A stretch of DNA of 51,672 nucleotides, the filler included, from Streblomastix strix (taxonomy: Eukaryota): the NCBI GenBank assembly GCA_008636045.1. It is 3 parts of 3 records of this genome, joined end to end, with 100 filler letters (N's around TTAATTAATTAA, not from the genome) between each part and the next. Parts side by side here need not be neighbours in the genome. Positions count along the whole stretch, not along the records: positions 34,518 to 51,672 come from SNRW01000720.1; 2 more parts are not named here. One strand, given 5' to 3'. The notes under the pieces were generated by a model. It ran no database searches, was not told where the DNA came from, and saw nothing but the letters and a program-made list of their open reading frames with translations. Made by a program: the position numbers and the translations under genes. Of the stretch, positions 37,560 to 50,678 are shown one piece after another (within the stretch, counting starts at the first letter, position 1; the number at the start of each line of letters is the position of its first letter).

Positions 37560-37960
37560 GTCTTTAACCTTTTGTTTATTTTTTATTAATTCTTTTATTT
37601 AGTTAGTTCATATTACGATTAAACTGAAATATAATAATAGTACCAATCTGCAACTGTTCGTTTTCCAAGAATTATTTCAGCAGCTTTTTCAACCATAACA
37701 TCAATAAGTTTTCTCTTTGCAATTTTAAAGATATTTTTTATGAATTCTGATAGATTTATATTATAATGAACTTTTTATGCTTAATCATTAATATTTTATT
37801 GTGTTTCAAACTCATACTTATTTCTTTGATATTTATTATCAGCAAAAGTCTTAAGTATATCCTCATACAATCTATTTTCGTTTTATATTTATTTCTTACA
37901 AAAATAAAACAATTAAAGCCAATAATAATCAACCTTTGAATTAGATTTATTTTTATTAAT
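37560..37960 (-). pseudogene. hypothetical intronless ORF fragment
   Basis: Open with TAR = Gln: ENRLYEDILKTFADNKYQRNKYEFETQQ...FKIAKRKLIDVMVEKAAEIILGKRTVADWYYYYISVQ; no start or family recognised. Confidence 0.3.
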
Positions 37961-38011
37961 GTTTTTTTCTGGCAGAATGTCAGTCTGGAAGTTATTTTCT
38001 ATAGAAGTTTT

Positions 38012-38559
38012 TGACTCAGTCCACTCAATCCACTCGGTCCAGTCAAAAGTCATTCGTAACTCATCACATTTTTGCATGCCAATTCCATAGATTTCATTGA
38101 TGTTTTATGACTCAGTCCACTCAATCCATCATATCTATACATAATTTATACAAGAAAATATAAAATAATAATTTTAAGAAATTGGAATTAAGACAAATTG
38201 CGATATAATAAAAATTTAAAAATAAATAGTAAAAAAAAACATTTTATATTAAAACATGAATATTACGCATAATTTGAATTGTTAAAAGATGAGATGGATT
38301 AGGATGATGATGATTTTGAATTTTCAATGGATGATGAGAAGCGATAACCATTAGATGATTGAGACAATTGATTTTTTTTTCGTTCAAGCAATGAGAAATT
38401 TATTATTGTTTCCTATCTATTGTCTTATTGTCTTATTGTCGCCTATTTTTTGGAATAAGTTAAAATTTCTTCAGGGTGGAAACACTCGGGATACTTAAAA
38501 GTCATTCATTAAAGAATCCAATTTTGCATGCAAATTACATACTTTCATTCACGTTTTAT
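38012..38559. repeat. dispersed direct repeats
   Basis: tgactcagtccactcaatcca at 38012-38032 and 38108-38128; about 62-bp degenerate repeat aaaagtcattc...ttttgcatgc.aatt.cata..tttcatt...gttttat at 38045-38108 and 38497-38559; (tattgtct)x3 near 38418-38440. Confidence 0.75.
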
Positions 38560-39620
38560 AATAATTTTTCATAAATTTTATTCTATTTTTGTTTAAGTAT
38601 TCAATGATTTCATCAATATATTTTAGGTTTCCGTTAATGTTCATTCATCAAATAAGTCAATAATTGCCCTATATAGTTATATGAAAGAGAAGAGTGTCAT
38701 ACATTCAAGAATAGCGCACAATAACGTACATCACTAACATACTTCAATATTCACATTCATACATCACTATCCTTAATGTTCTTTCAATAATTTTGTTCAA
38801 ATGTTTATTTTTTTATATTATTTTACATTATTTATTATTATTATTTATTTTACATTATTTATTTTTATTTTTCAATGTGGGCACTCTCTTTTTTCATATA
38901 ACTACTAAGGATTGAATTCAAGTTCAAAAGGAGCTACTAAGATCTGATCTTTCAGCTTTGAACTTTATCGAGCTATAATTATCCTTGAGAATGGAGCAAT
39001 ATTTGCTTATGGGCAACTGCAGGAGTTCAAAAAAAGATCCTATATTGTAAAGAATGGATTTATTGAACAAACAGATATAACCAAAATGAAACCATCTTTC
39101 CTGATAATATTTTATTAGTATAATTGATTTTATTGTAAAAATAAATGATACGAGAAAAATTTAAGCAATCATGCAATGATTTTATATTGCGTGATATTTT
39201 ACTTGAAAATGCATCTATCTGACAGATCGAGCAGTTTTTTTTGTTTTTTGTTAATATATGTGCTATTATGTTATTTTTTGAATTATTATAACATACTAAA
39301 TCCAATTTTATACTTAAATCAAAAATTATCTAATCAATGAACACAAACGACAATTTTACATTAAAATTTCAATTTCCTACTACTTGAAGATTATTTTACA
39401 ATATAATTGTGAATATACTCATGAAATTTACATACAAAATATATGCACATTTTTCTATTCTTATATATTAAAGGTTGAACTATAAATGAATTCATTTTTT
39501 TTTACCAACCTAACTCTTTAAGATAGCTAAACTCATTCATAGCTAACCATATCATTTTAGCTTAAATATTATATATTATTATATATTTGGAAGTTGCATA
39601 GACTATAATTTATTACTAAA

Positions 39621-42600
39621 ATGGGTTGTGGAGGTAGTAAAGAATAAGTTGTTCCAATAGATGAAAAAAAGATATCCGAATATGAACTTGGCTTACCTGG
39701 AGCAAGATTAAGATTGAAAGGACGATATAGATTGCCAACAAAAGAACGTAGTCTTGAAGTATAAATTTATTCAGATGGTAATACACTATTTGCATTTGTT
39801 GGTATGAATATTTATATAATTATATATATAAATTCACAAACAATTAATTTTTTAGTTCCACCGGCAGATGACGAAACTCCTGAAAAAGAATGCAGCAGAG
39901 TACTATTGCAATCATCTAACTTTCATGGTCATACATTACCAATTTGGAAGAAAGAGCATCAAATCAAGCCCACACCTCCGCCATATTACAGTAATACAGA
40001 AAAATATAATTTTGAAGGATTCTAATTTACAAAATAAATTGATCTTGTGAGAGGAGACGATATATATGAAAGCTCACCAACAAATCCAATTTCTCTCTTT
40101 AAAGAGTAGTCCACATATGATAATATTAAGTATGAAAAATTTTCATTTTCCACTTTTACAATATTTCTCTAATTAGACAATAAGAAGTCAATGACTGTGG
40201 TGTTGTTTCATCTTTTCTGATGATGAGGAGGATTGAAAAACTGGGCGTATAGAAGATTCTAACTGACAAGATGTTTCCGCAAGATTCTAAGGTAATAGTT
40301 ACTTTTTGCAAATAATTAAAATAATCATTATAATAATATAGGGTATAGCTACGTTCAACCCTTGTGGAAAATATAATCTCAAAGTCTTTGTCAATGGCAC
40401 TTTCAGATTAGTTTAAATTGATGATAAACTTCCATGTAAGAAACTACAGAATTGGTAGGTTAGAAAGCACAATTTAATTAAGAATTATCTAAATTTTTTA
40501 AAATATATATTTACTTATTAATTCATTCATTCTCTTCTTTTAACTTAATTATTAATAAATAATAGAAAGAAGGATACAAACCACGTTCATTAGTCTGTAC
40601 AAAGAGTACAGTGGATGGAGAATTATGGCCATCTTTGTATGAGAAGGCTTATTTGACTGTTATAGGAGATGGGTTTGTATTATATTGTTATAATAGAATA
40701 TATAAATAACAAAATAAATTGGAATAAATAGAGAAATATATTTTATACTCCGAATCAAATATTAACATTTATACTTATTATTACCATTAGATATAATACA
40801 GCAGGACCAAGTAATCCAGCTGCAGTATTTGCCTTTTCACAATGGATTCCTGGTATATATTAATATATATAATATTATTAATTAAATAGTGAAATTAAAA
40901 ATGGAGAAAGGAAGATCGACAATTTTTAATTAATTTTTATTATATTATTATTAAATATCCAAAACATTTATTAATTTTTGATTAGATTTTGGAATGGACA
41001 TTAGAGCGATGTATGATGATGATAAAAGATGGAAGGTATAAATAATTTTGAATTAATTAATTTGAATGAATAATAAATATTATTGGAAATTTATTTTAAT
41101 ACAAATCTAAGAATATTATTTTTATTTTTTATTATTAATATTTATATTTTAGGAGCTGGTTCGTGCAATGAAAAAGAATGAATGTATTGCTTATCTTAGT
41201 ATAAAGGTAGAAATTAATTTTTATAGAATGAATTTAATTACAATTAAAGAAATTGAATAGTTTTTTACTATTATTATTAATTATTATTATCTATAAATTA
41301 TTAATTCATTTTAGTCAAACAAGTTTTAAGGAGAATATTAAAATGGCAAAGAAAAGGGCCTTGTTTAAGAACATGCATATGCGTTACTTGAAGTAGTTGA
41401 GGTACAACAAAATAAAAATATTTTAAAATTATTGTAATTTGAATGTGAATATAATTTAATTTATAAATTATCTTTAATATTATTATTGCATTTTGATCAG
41501 ACATAAAAGAAGAAGCTTTTCCATATTCGTAATCCTCATGGAGGCAGAGTTTGGAAGTTTGCAATTGAATATTATTTTTTTTATTATTACTAAATGAAAC
41601 TACATTGATCAAATAAAATTTATTAAATAATATTTGATTATATTTTTTTTTGTTTGTTTATTAACGTATATTTTAAAGTGGTAATTTCTGCCCTTGGGAT
41701 AAAGAGAATTGGAAACCTCAAATGTTAAAAGATTGTAATTATGTATTGAAAGAAAAAGTATATTTTATACATAGAAATTTAATGATTATGAAAGAAATGT
41801 ATAATAATTTCATAATATAATTTTAAATGCATTATTATTTGCTAATTCTTTTAATATTTTCTTTAATAGAACACATTAAATGATCCAGAAAAAGAAAAAG
41901 AAGAAGAAACCGAAAAATGGAAAGGTGAATTTTGGATGGAAATTGAAGATGTCAAAAAATGGTATGAATTTAATAAATATAATTATTGAAATATAAGAAT
42001 AAAATTCCTTTAAATTTTAAAATATGAATTTTTCTTATTATTCATTATTTATTACTTTATTTATACATTATTCTTAATTTTTATTCAATATTATATATTA
42101 TGCAAAGGTTTGATAACGGAACAGTGTGTTACAATCCATCCTTATTCCCATACTAATATGAATACCATTTCGCATGGAAAGCTAAAGATTATCGAAGTAT
42201 GAATTAGAGTTAAGATAAAAGAATTATTGTAAAAAGAATAAAAAGAATTTTGTAACAATAAAAATATTATTAAATAAACTTTACTATTTTAATTAAATAT
42301 ATATTTTTCTCTTTTATAAACAGATCCAAGTAATACTTTAATCGCTCATGCTCCTCAATTCTTATTAAAGAGGTAAATTATTTATTAAATTATCCATAAC
42401 ATGTAAATTCTCTTATATTTTACTTTATGTATATATTAATAGAACATCAAAGCAATAAAATATATGGATATTGTTATAAAGGCATTATTAACAACCAATT
42501 CCAATTAATACGAAGAAAGAGAAAACCAAAAAGAAAGAAGAAGAAGAGAGGAAGTTACAAGAAGAAGAAGAAGACCGTATATAGGAATAAAGAGAAAGAG

Positions 42601-45600
42601 AAAGAAAGAAGAAGAAAGAAGAAGGAAAGAAGAATAAGAAAGAAGAAGATGATGAAGAATAAGAAGATGGAGACGAATAGGAAATATAAGAAGCAGAGGA
42701 TGGTTAAGAAAAGAGAAAGAAAAGAAAAGTAATAAAAGATGATGAGAAAGTAAATGAAGATGATGTTGTTGAATCAGGAATTGAATCAGATGATATATTT
42801 ATTAATAATAAGAAATATATATAAAATGAAAAAGGAATATAAATTGAGGATTAATTGGATGGTGCATGGATGAAAGACAATGAAAAAGAAATTGAAAATG
42901 TCAATGCAGATGGAAACACAAATTAGTAAAATAATTAATCAAAATAAAAGGTATAATTTATTATTAGTATATTACTTTAAATAGAACTTATTAAATGAAC
43001 AGTAAACTAACTTTTTGTTGTTATAATGTTTAATTAATATTTTTATTATGTTATAATTAAATCAAATTAGAATCTGAATGAAGAACCAATCTCAATTGGA
43101 CTTATTACTTATTAATATGGAACTAGAACAGGTATTTATTAAAGAAAGAAAGTGAAATATGTAATTAAATATATAAATAATTTATCTTTATTAATATTCT
43201 AATTCTTATTATATAATATTCTTATATAACCAAATATGTTATATTAATAATTATTAGGAAAAAAGATTGGATCTGGACCAAAAGAATAATAAATAGAAGA
43301 AGTCATTGGAGATGAGAAAGTTTGATTAACAAAATGGAAGAAAAAACTTAAATACAAATATTTTATTTTATTATATTATTTATATACAGAATGAACCTTA
43401 TATCTAGAATGTTATTTCGAGGTATTTTCTCTCTTAATACTTAATAAAATAAATTTTCTATTCTTCTTATTCATTTTAATTATTTTGATATATTTAAATA
43501 GAGAAAATACTATAGCAACATCATGCCTCAATGGATATAATTAGATTATGAAGGTATATATAAATAATTAATGAATAATATTTCATATATTCTTTTCAAT
43601 GCATTCTTATTATATAAACATTTAATAGATTGGTTCATATCCAGGATCTTGTGAAACAGAAGCACGAGCTTATGGAGAGACAAACTTTGGTGATTTCACA
43701 GGTATATACATATAGAATATAATAAGTTTATACATACAGAATAATAGAATAAGATTGAGAATAATTATATATCATCTTTTATGTATTATATAATGTTAAG
43801 GCTACTTTATGGTTGCTCCAAATCTCTATAAGCCACCAACGTATGCTTCTATTATATTCATTTTCCTAATCTTTTTTTATATATACCTCCTTTACTATTC
43901 TATTATTCAATAATTAATTAGTCATTTTAAAGGAGATTTAAGGTTCTCATTATTTGTGTTTTCAGATAAGAAAATACCAGATGGAATTGTAAAAGTATAT
44001 AAATTATAGAAAGATTGTAATATTAAATATGAGATTAAATATTAATTTTAGAACTGATTTCTTATCAATATTTATATAATATTACTCTTATTTATTTATA
44101 ATAGATTCCAAAATTACATAATCAAGAAAAAATAATTAGATAAAAATGGCCTTCTTTGCCTTAATTCAAATTTAGCGTAGATAATGAAGTTGATATTGGA
44201 GGTAGGAAATATAATATAATATATTAATAAATATGCAAATCAATATTATTTAAAACAATATTTATTATATGGTTTTCTTCTACATTGTGATATATTTTAT
44301 TATTTATAATAGATGATTAAAAAATCTATCTTAGGGAATCTTAATTGACAAATGTCAATGTATGTATTAATATTATATTATATTAGATTTTCTTTCTTTC
44401 ATTTTTTATTTCATTTTTTCTTTATTTAGGCTCCAACTATTAATCCTGAATCTCTTCTTCCATATATGCAAAATGATTAGGTTCAATAAATAATATGAAA
44501 AAGAATATTTAAAGATAAAAATATAATAACTAATAAATACAAATATTATTCATATAAATATAATCATTTATTTTCTCTTTATTTCTAAAATTATTAGTAA
44601 TACCTTTAATAATTCATAGAAGCAACAAATATTCTATTTTCTCCTTAGTATATAATAACATTAGTTCCTGAACTAAAGGTTTTATAATATATATTAATTT
44701 GAATGAAGAAATAAGAAAATATAATAATTAATAGCATTTATACATTTATTTATTAATAAATTACACATATTTAATATCAGGGGAAAAATTTTGGAAGATT
44801 GTTATCTGTAAAAGGATTTGTATGAATAATATAATATTATTTATATAAATTAATATTATTTATTTGTTTATTTAGTGGGGAGAAGCAACTCCTGATTCTG
44901 TGGAAGCCTACGTTGATATTATTAAACCTAAAGAAGTATGCAAATAAAACTATAATTATAATCATAGAAGGTGAATAAATTAAATTTATCCATTCACGTA
45001 TTTTATACTTTAATTTATTTATTTTATATTTATAACAGAATTAAATATCATATGTTTAAAGTGGAGAAATAGTATAAGGAACTCAGAATAAAGCAACAAC
45101 AAGAACTAAAATATGGTAAAGAGAAGGTATGAAATATGCGTATATAATGATGTATTTAAAAATCATTTTAATATTTCATATTATTTAAATAATATTATTA
45201 ATAGGAAATATTTCTGCAAGGAGGACATGGACAAAAAAAGGATCTGCAAGTATGTGGAATGATTTGAAAATATTGTGAATAAATTATTATAATTTAATAT
45301 GTTTATAATAATTCATATTTACAATTACTATTATTAATAGGCAGAATATATGATATATTGGATCCAGATAATGAAAAGAAGAATGTGAAGGATGTTGTTG
45401 AATAGAAGTATATTGATTATTAATATATATTATATTTATAATTATTAAAAGATATTAAGGAAAAGACAAATTATTTTTTTTATTATTATTAATTCTATTT
45501 TATCTACTTTATTATTGTCTTTTATACTTATTAGTAAGGAATATTAATTCTATATTATACCATTCCTTCATCCAAAGCTATTTGGATCCAAAGAGTCCTA

Positions 45601-48027
45601 TGATCTTCATGTTACTCCTCCACAAGGTTGAAAAAAAATTTATAAATTATTGTAATTTATTATTATTATTTCTATATATTAGGATTTCAGTTAAAAATTG
45701 AAAGAATATTAGCTCCTTGGGAATGCATGAAGTATGAATTATGCTTCAATGATATTATTAAACCTCCAGAAGATAAGGTTAACTAATAAAGAAAAACATT
45801 TAATAGAAATAGAAATAATTTATAAACAAATTGACTAAATTAATTTTTTTATTTTATTTTTTATATATTTTTTTTAATAATTTTTTCTAATATTTATTTA
45901 CATTAGACAAAAGAAGACTTAAAATATTATCATAACTATTATGCAATTAGAACTCTAAAAGAGACTGAGGTTCAAATTAATTATTTATTCAATTAGTTCA
46001 TTATTAATAAATATTTATTTTTTATGATTTATTGTTATATCTTTTTAATATAAATTTTTTAATTCTTATTTTTTTTATTAAATTCCAGATTTACATCCTT
46101 TTCTTCTTCCTTCATTAACCAACAGTTGTTAACTCAATTAACCCAAAAATACAATTAAGATATTAGGGATCATATATAAATCCTTAGAATAAATAAGAAG
46201 TTAAAAATGTATGAAATATATATATTCATTATTTAATTCTTTTTTATAAATATATATTTTTATATTTATATAATTCAACATTATTATTTCTTATCATTAT
46301 TTATTTATAGAATTAAAATAAATAATTGGGATAAGCTATAAGTACTTATTAAGAAGCTTAAGAAGATTAAATAGAGGTTATGCCTCTTACAATGGAGATG
46401 CATGATAAGTGTGTATAAAAATATTGATATAGAGAATAATATATATTAATATATATATTCTGCTTATGTTTATTATTAGGTATTAAGTTAATTGCAATTG
46501 GAATCTGCTTCGTGTTCCAAAAAGCTAAGATGATAAGAAGAAAATATGGGAAAAGAAATATTAAGTATTTATTTTATTTAAATAATTTATTTATTTATTG
46601 AAGATAATAATTACTATTTACTTATTTATATACAAACCATATTTATTATATATAAATTATTTCTATTATTTAATGAATAAATAGGAATTTGTGAAGAAAT
46701 GTGAGAATGATAGAAAGACAGAAGTGAATCAATAGAAGAGAAGAGGAGGAGATGAAGGAGATGAAGATGCTTGTGAAGATGAAAATGATGATGAAGAGGA
46801 AATAATAAAGAATATTGTTTAGAGAGAAAATGAATTGAGTTTGATTATAATTTTAGTTTTTTTTTATTTTAACTCTTTTTAATCTTATTAATTTGCACAA
46901 TTAGAAAATGATATTGAAAGCGAGATCGATGAGAAATATGATGATGAATTCTCAACATAGCAAGTTTGTTAAATATTTTAATATTATTTACCATTTTTAT
47001 TTTTATTATTTATTGATCAGAAAACTCACATTGGAATGCTAAATGGATGCGGATGTTTGACATATCCAGGTTAATATAATATTTATAACATTAAGATGCA
47101 TTTAAATAAATTTATCATTCACACTTTTATATATTTTATTATTAATTAAATCTTATAGGTCATTATGTTCTCGATGTTGGAATATAAGGTCCAGATCCAA
47201 CTCCATTCTATGTATATTATTATTAATTAGAATAAATAAGAGTTGGATATTATTTATTATTAATTCCTTTAATCTATTAATATTTTAATTATGAATTAAC
47301 AATTAATTTTAGGCTTTCATATATACAGACAATTCTGCCATAGAGTTTTATTCTCAAACAAATGAAAAGGTGTTTAATTTATTATGATATATTTTTAATT
47401 AAATATTGAAAATGAATAATAATATATTAAGATCTCAATTAATCATCATATTATATATATTTCATAATATCATAAATGTTTATTGTAGGTCGAATCACAA
47501 ATTCCAATTACTAAATTCCCAAGCGATAATTTAGAATAAAAAGACATTAGATTTAATTGGACATCTAAACCAATGTTGAGGTATATAAGTGATTAATATT
47601 TTTTTGATGTAATTGCAATTATTTCTTAAATAAAATATTATTTTTCACCATCTTTGTTATTAATAATTCAATAGATTTAATACTAATAAAGAAGAACAAC
47701 AAATAAATATTCAAAAGAATAAAGTTGCTGTTGTGAAATAAGGTATTTTTATTGAGAAGTTTTATAAATTATAGAATATATTTTTAATGATATTGGATTA
47801 AAAAAAAACTGTTCATTTTTATTCTATCTTTCATTTTATTACTAAAATAATAATATTAACATTACAGCATCAGTTCCAATTGATAATAATGTTCCAGTGG
47901 TAAAAAGAGATGAATTATTTATTGGAAAGAATAAAGAAGTACAATTACATAAATTATATACTTAAACATTCCATTACTTTATTTATATTATTATTATTAT
48001 TATTATTTATATTATTATTATTATTTA

Positions 48028-48091
<64 letters not shown>

Positions 48092-50198
48092 TATATTAAT
48101 TGATTCTATATAATAATAGGAAGACACTGAACTATTCTCAGCTGCAACTTAATATTTATTCTCTCCTCATTTTGACTTCATCTTTTAGAAGTTGCCAAAC
48201 AGTCAAAGTATCAATAAAGAATAAATATTATTTCTTTATTACCTTATTCTCTAAATAATATTTATATATAATATTACAAACAGCATCATTATCAAATAAA
48301 TAAGTTTCATTCACTTTAAATGCAGAAGGATATTATTAATCTCCAACTCTTAATATTAATAATAATATAATCAATACAACTATTGGAGGGTCAGGTAGTC
48401 AAATTTAGAAAGGAAGAGAAGTGCAATATGATTTGAAGAAGATGCTTAAAACATCATTGGTATCTTTTGAATTATTAAAACTTAACCAAAATTCAACTGC
48501 GAACTAGAATGAATAGAATAATAGTAAGTTTGTAGACTATTTGAAGACATATAAGTCAAAACTGGGGAATGGAGGTTTAGATATTGATAAACATCAATTA
48601 ATAATATAAGATCCAAATCAAAAAGAGTTTAATTAATTTGTTGATTTTGGAATATATGCAAGCTCAAATAATTAAATAGTAAATGAATGTAAATATAAAC
48701 AATAATAAGAATTTGAAACTGAAGAAGAATTAAGAGAAAAAGGAAAAATAATATAAAAATAGATTATATAAAGATCAGGAGTAATTTAGACTATTGGAAA
48801 GGAGATATATAAACTGGAAGATGAAGATAAATATATCATTTAGTTTGGTAGTGCTGATGGTATGAATTATATTATTGTTATTAGAGTAAGATTAATTATT
48901 TTACAATTATAAGAAATATCCTTAATTTAATATTGCTTTCATTATATATTAATTTAGCTTCTGTCACTCATCGTACATTCCGTGTTATTCCTCTTATTTC
49001 TCATTCTTAGAGATAAACTAAAAAATAAGCAAACAATGTAAACAAAGAAGAAGCTGATGAATGTTGGAATTACAGAGGAAATATGAATATAAAAATTAAT
49101 ATTCCTGAAGGTATATATATATATATTATATTATATTATATTATTAAACAAGTAAATATATTTAGATATAAATTTATTTATCATTATATATTTTATATTA
49201 TAATGCATTTTTTCTTTACTAATAATTAAATATGTGTAATATAGGTATTGGTGCATAGATCTAAAAGATTGAGTCACCTTGGGAAACAATGAAGAATGAA
49301 ATATCTTTCAAAGACTATATTCCATCATCATTTGAAGACTAATAAATTCTATCTTAATAATTAAGAGGATTATAAGGAGAAGGAGTTGGTGGGAAATATA
49401 CCAGGAAATTCTATGTTATCAATAATCCAATGTATGACTTATAGAAATTTGAGTAAATATGAATGATTGGAATATAAATGTAATGAAATGAAATTATTTT
49501 TTATTTATATTATTATTATTAAATAGAGCTCAACGTGTCTGCATATAACTTATCATTATCTCAAAGAATGAATAAAAAGTTGGTAATATTCATTCAAACT
49601 TCATAGTTAGAAACCCAATTCCTTCCCTGGGTTTGTATTTATATATATTATATATTATATATTATTCACAATTACTTATTTTATTATTTAATATTTAATT
49701 AAACAGGTAGTTCATCTTCTGATATTGCCAACTTGCTGTTTGGCATATACAATAAAGATCCTACAAAACTAAATCAAATAGAATCTCCTTCACAAACAAA
49801 ATCAACACAGTCCTTAATTTCAAAGAAGAAACCGTCCATTGTATTTGAAGCAGATCCATCAACTCTTACTGAATAAGAAATTGATGGGAGCATTGAATAT
49901 GCTGGAAAGAAGAACGGAGAAGGAATACCAATTGCAGTAACTGCTTAACCATGTGCAGTTGGAATTCTACCAAAAGTTTGTATTTTGATTAACTCAAATT
50001 AATTCATTTTATATTTATTTATAATTTTTCTCAATTATTTATTTATTCATTTATTTACTTTGTTTTTATATTCAGGCTGGTAGATATGTACTTGAGGTGC
50101 GTGCTAATGTCATCGAATCTGCTCTTCTGGTGGGTTTTGTATACTCTGAGGAATCTCCAGTTGAACTGCTATATGTGAATAGTGAAGGATAATTATGA
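39621..50198 (+). CDS. large calpain-7/PalB-like cysteine protease with N-terminal MGCGGS acylation motif and repeated calpain domain III-like units, roughly 50 introns
   Basis: Spliced: IKQQEVNDCGVVSS (Cys 40196-40198), MFPQDSKGIATFNPCGKYNLKVFVNGTFRLVQIDDKLP (calpain-7 signature), ELWPSLYEKAYL, AFSQWIP, GLVQEHAYALLEV, HIRNPHG, GEFWM, YNPSLF. Later NPxY/SPxY-type and GxY...P motifs recur. Last exon AGRYVLEVRA...VYSEESPVELLYVNSEGQL*, TGA 50196-50198. Single-gene continuity is assumed; I did not check the phase of every intron. Confidence 0.82.
47987..48090. repeat. (ATT)n microsatellite in a calpain intron
   Basis: About 100 bp of interrupted ATT triplets; source of the spurious poly-Leu ORF 47910-48113. 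Confidence 0.95.
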
Positions 50199-50465
50199 GG
50201 ATGAGGATGAAGTGAAAATATAAGGAATTGTCGAGAATTAAGTTGAATTCAGGGGGATATATACATACATAGTTTTTGAGCACATATTCACTATAGTTTT
50301 TGTCATAATTTATTTTTTGCTTTCTAGGTATTTAATGCAAATCTTGCATCTGTAGATTTTTTGTGTTATTCCATGTGTAGCTAATAAAAATATCTTGATA
50401 TAATTAATTATTTTGATTAAACAATCCAAAAAGAAGAAGAAAGCTGAAGAAGAAAAAGAATTCAT

Positions 50466-50678
50466 CTACCGGATGTTGGACATGGTCTGAATGATGAAAC
50501 AGAAGTTGAATTATTGCATGTACGGCCGAAAGATTCAACTGGGAAGTTAATTTAAGGTCGGAAGGCTGTGCGATAATATGAAAAATAAGTGGAGGCTGCG
50601 ACAAAGCGAGTTGGCGCAAGACTGGTTCGCTACGAAGCGACAACCGGGCGCTGGATATTTCACGTGGACCACTTTTGA
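50466..50678 (+). pseudogene. NUP98: Nup98-type autoprotease (peptidase S59, Nucleoporin2) domain, C-terminal fragment
   Basis: LPDVGHGLNDETEVELLHVRPKD...YEKQVEAATKRVGARLVRYEATTGRWIFHVDHF* matches Nup98 KPPVGEGLNRKAEVTL..VWP.D...[22 protein letters not shown]. In-frame TGA a few codons upstream; no FG repeats; only about 270 bp from the calpain stop. Confidence 0.85.

Noticed and set aside
38880..39300. Weakly coding-like stretch upstream of the calpain gene
   Set aside because: No sustained frame or motif on either strand.
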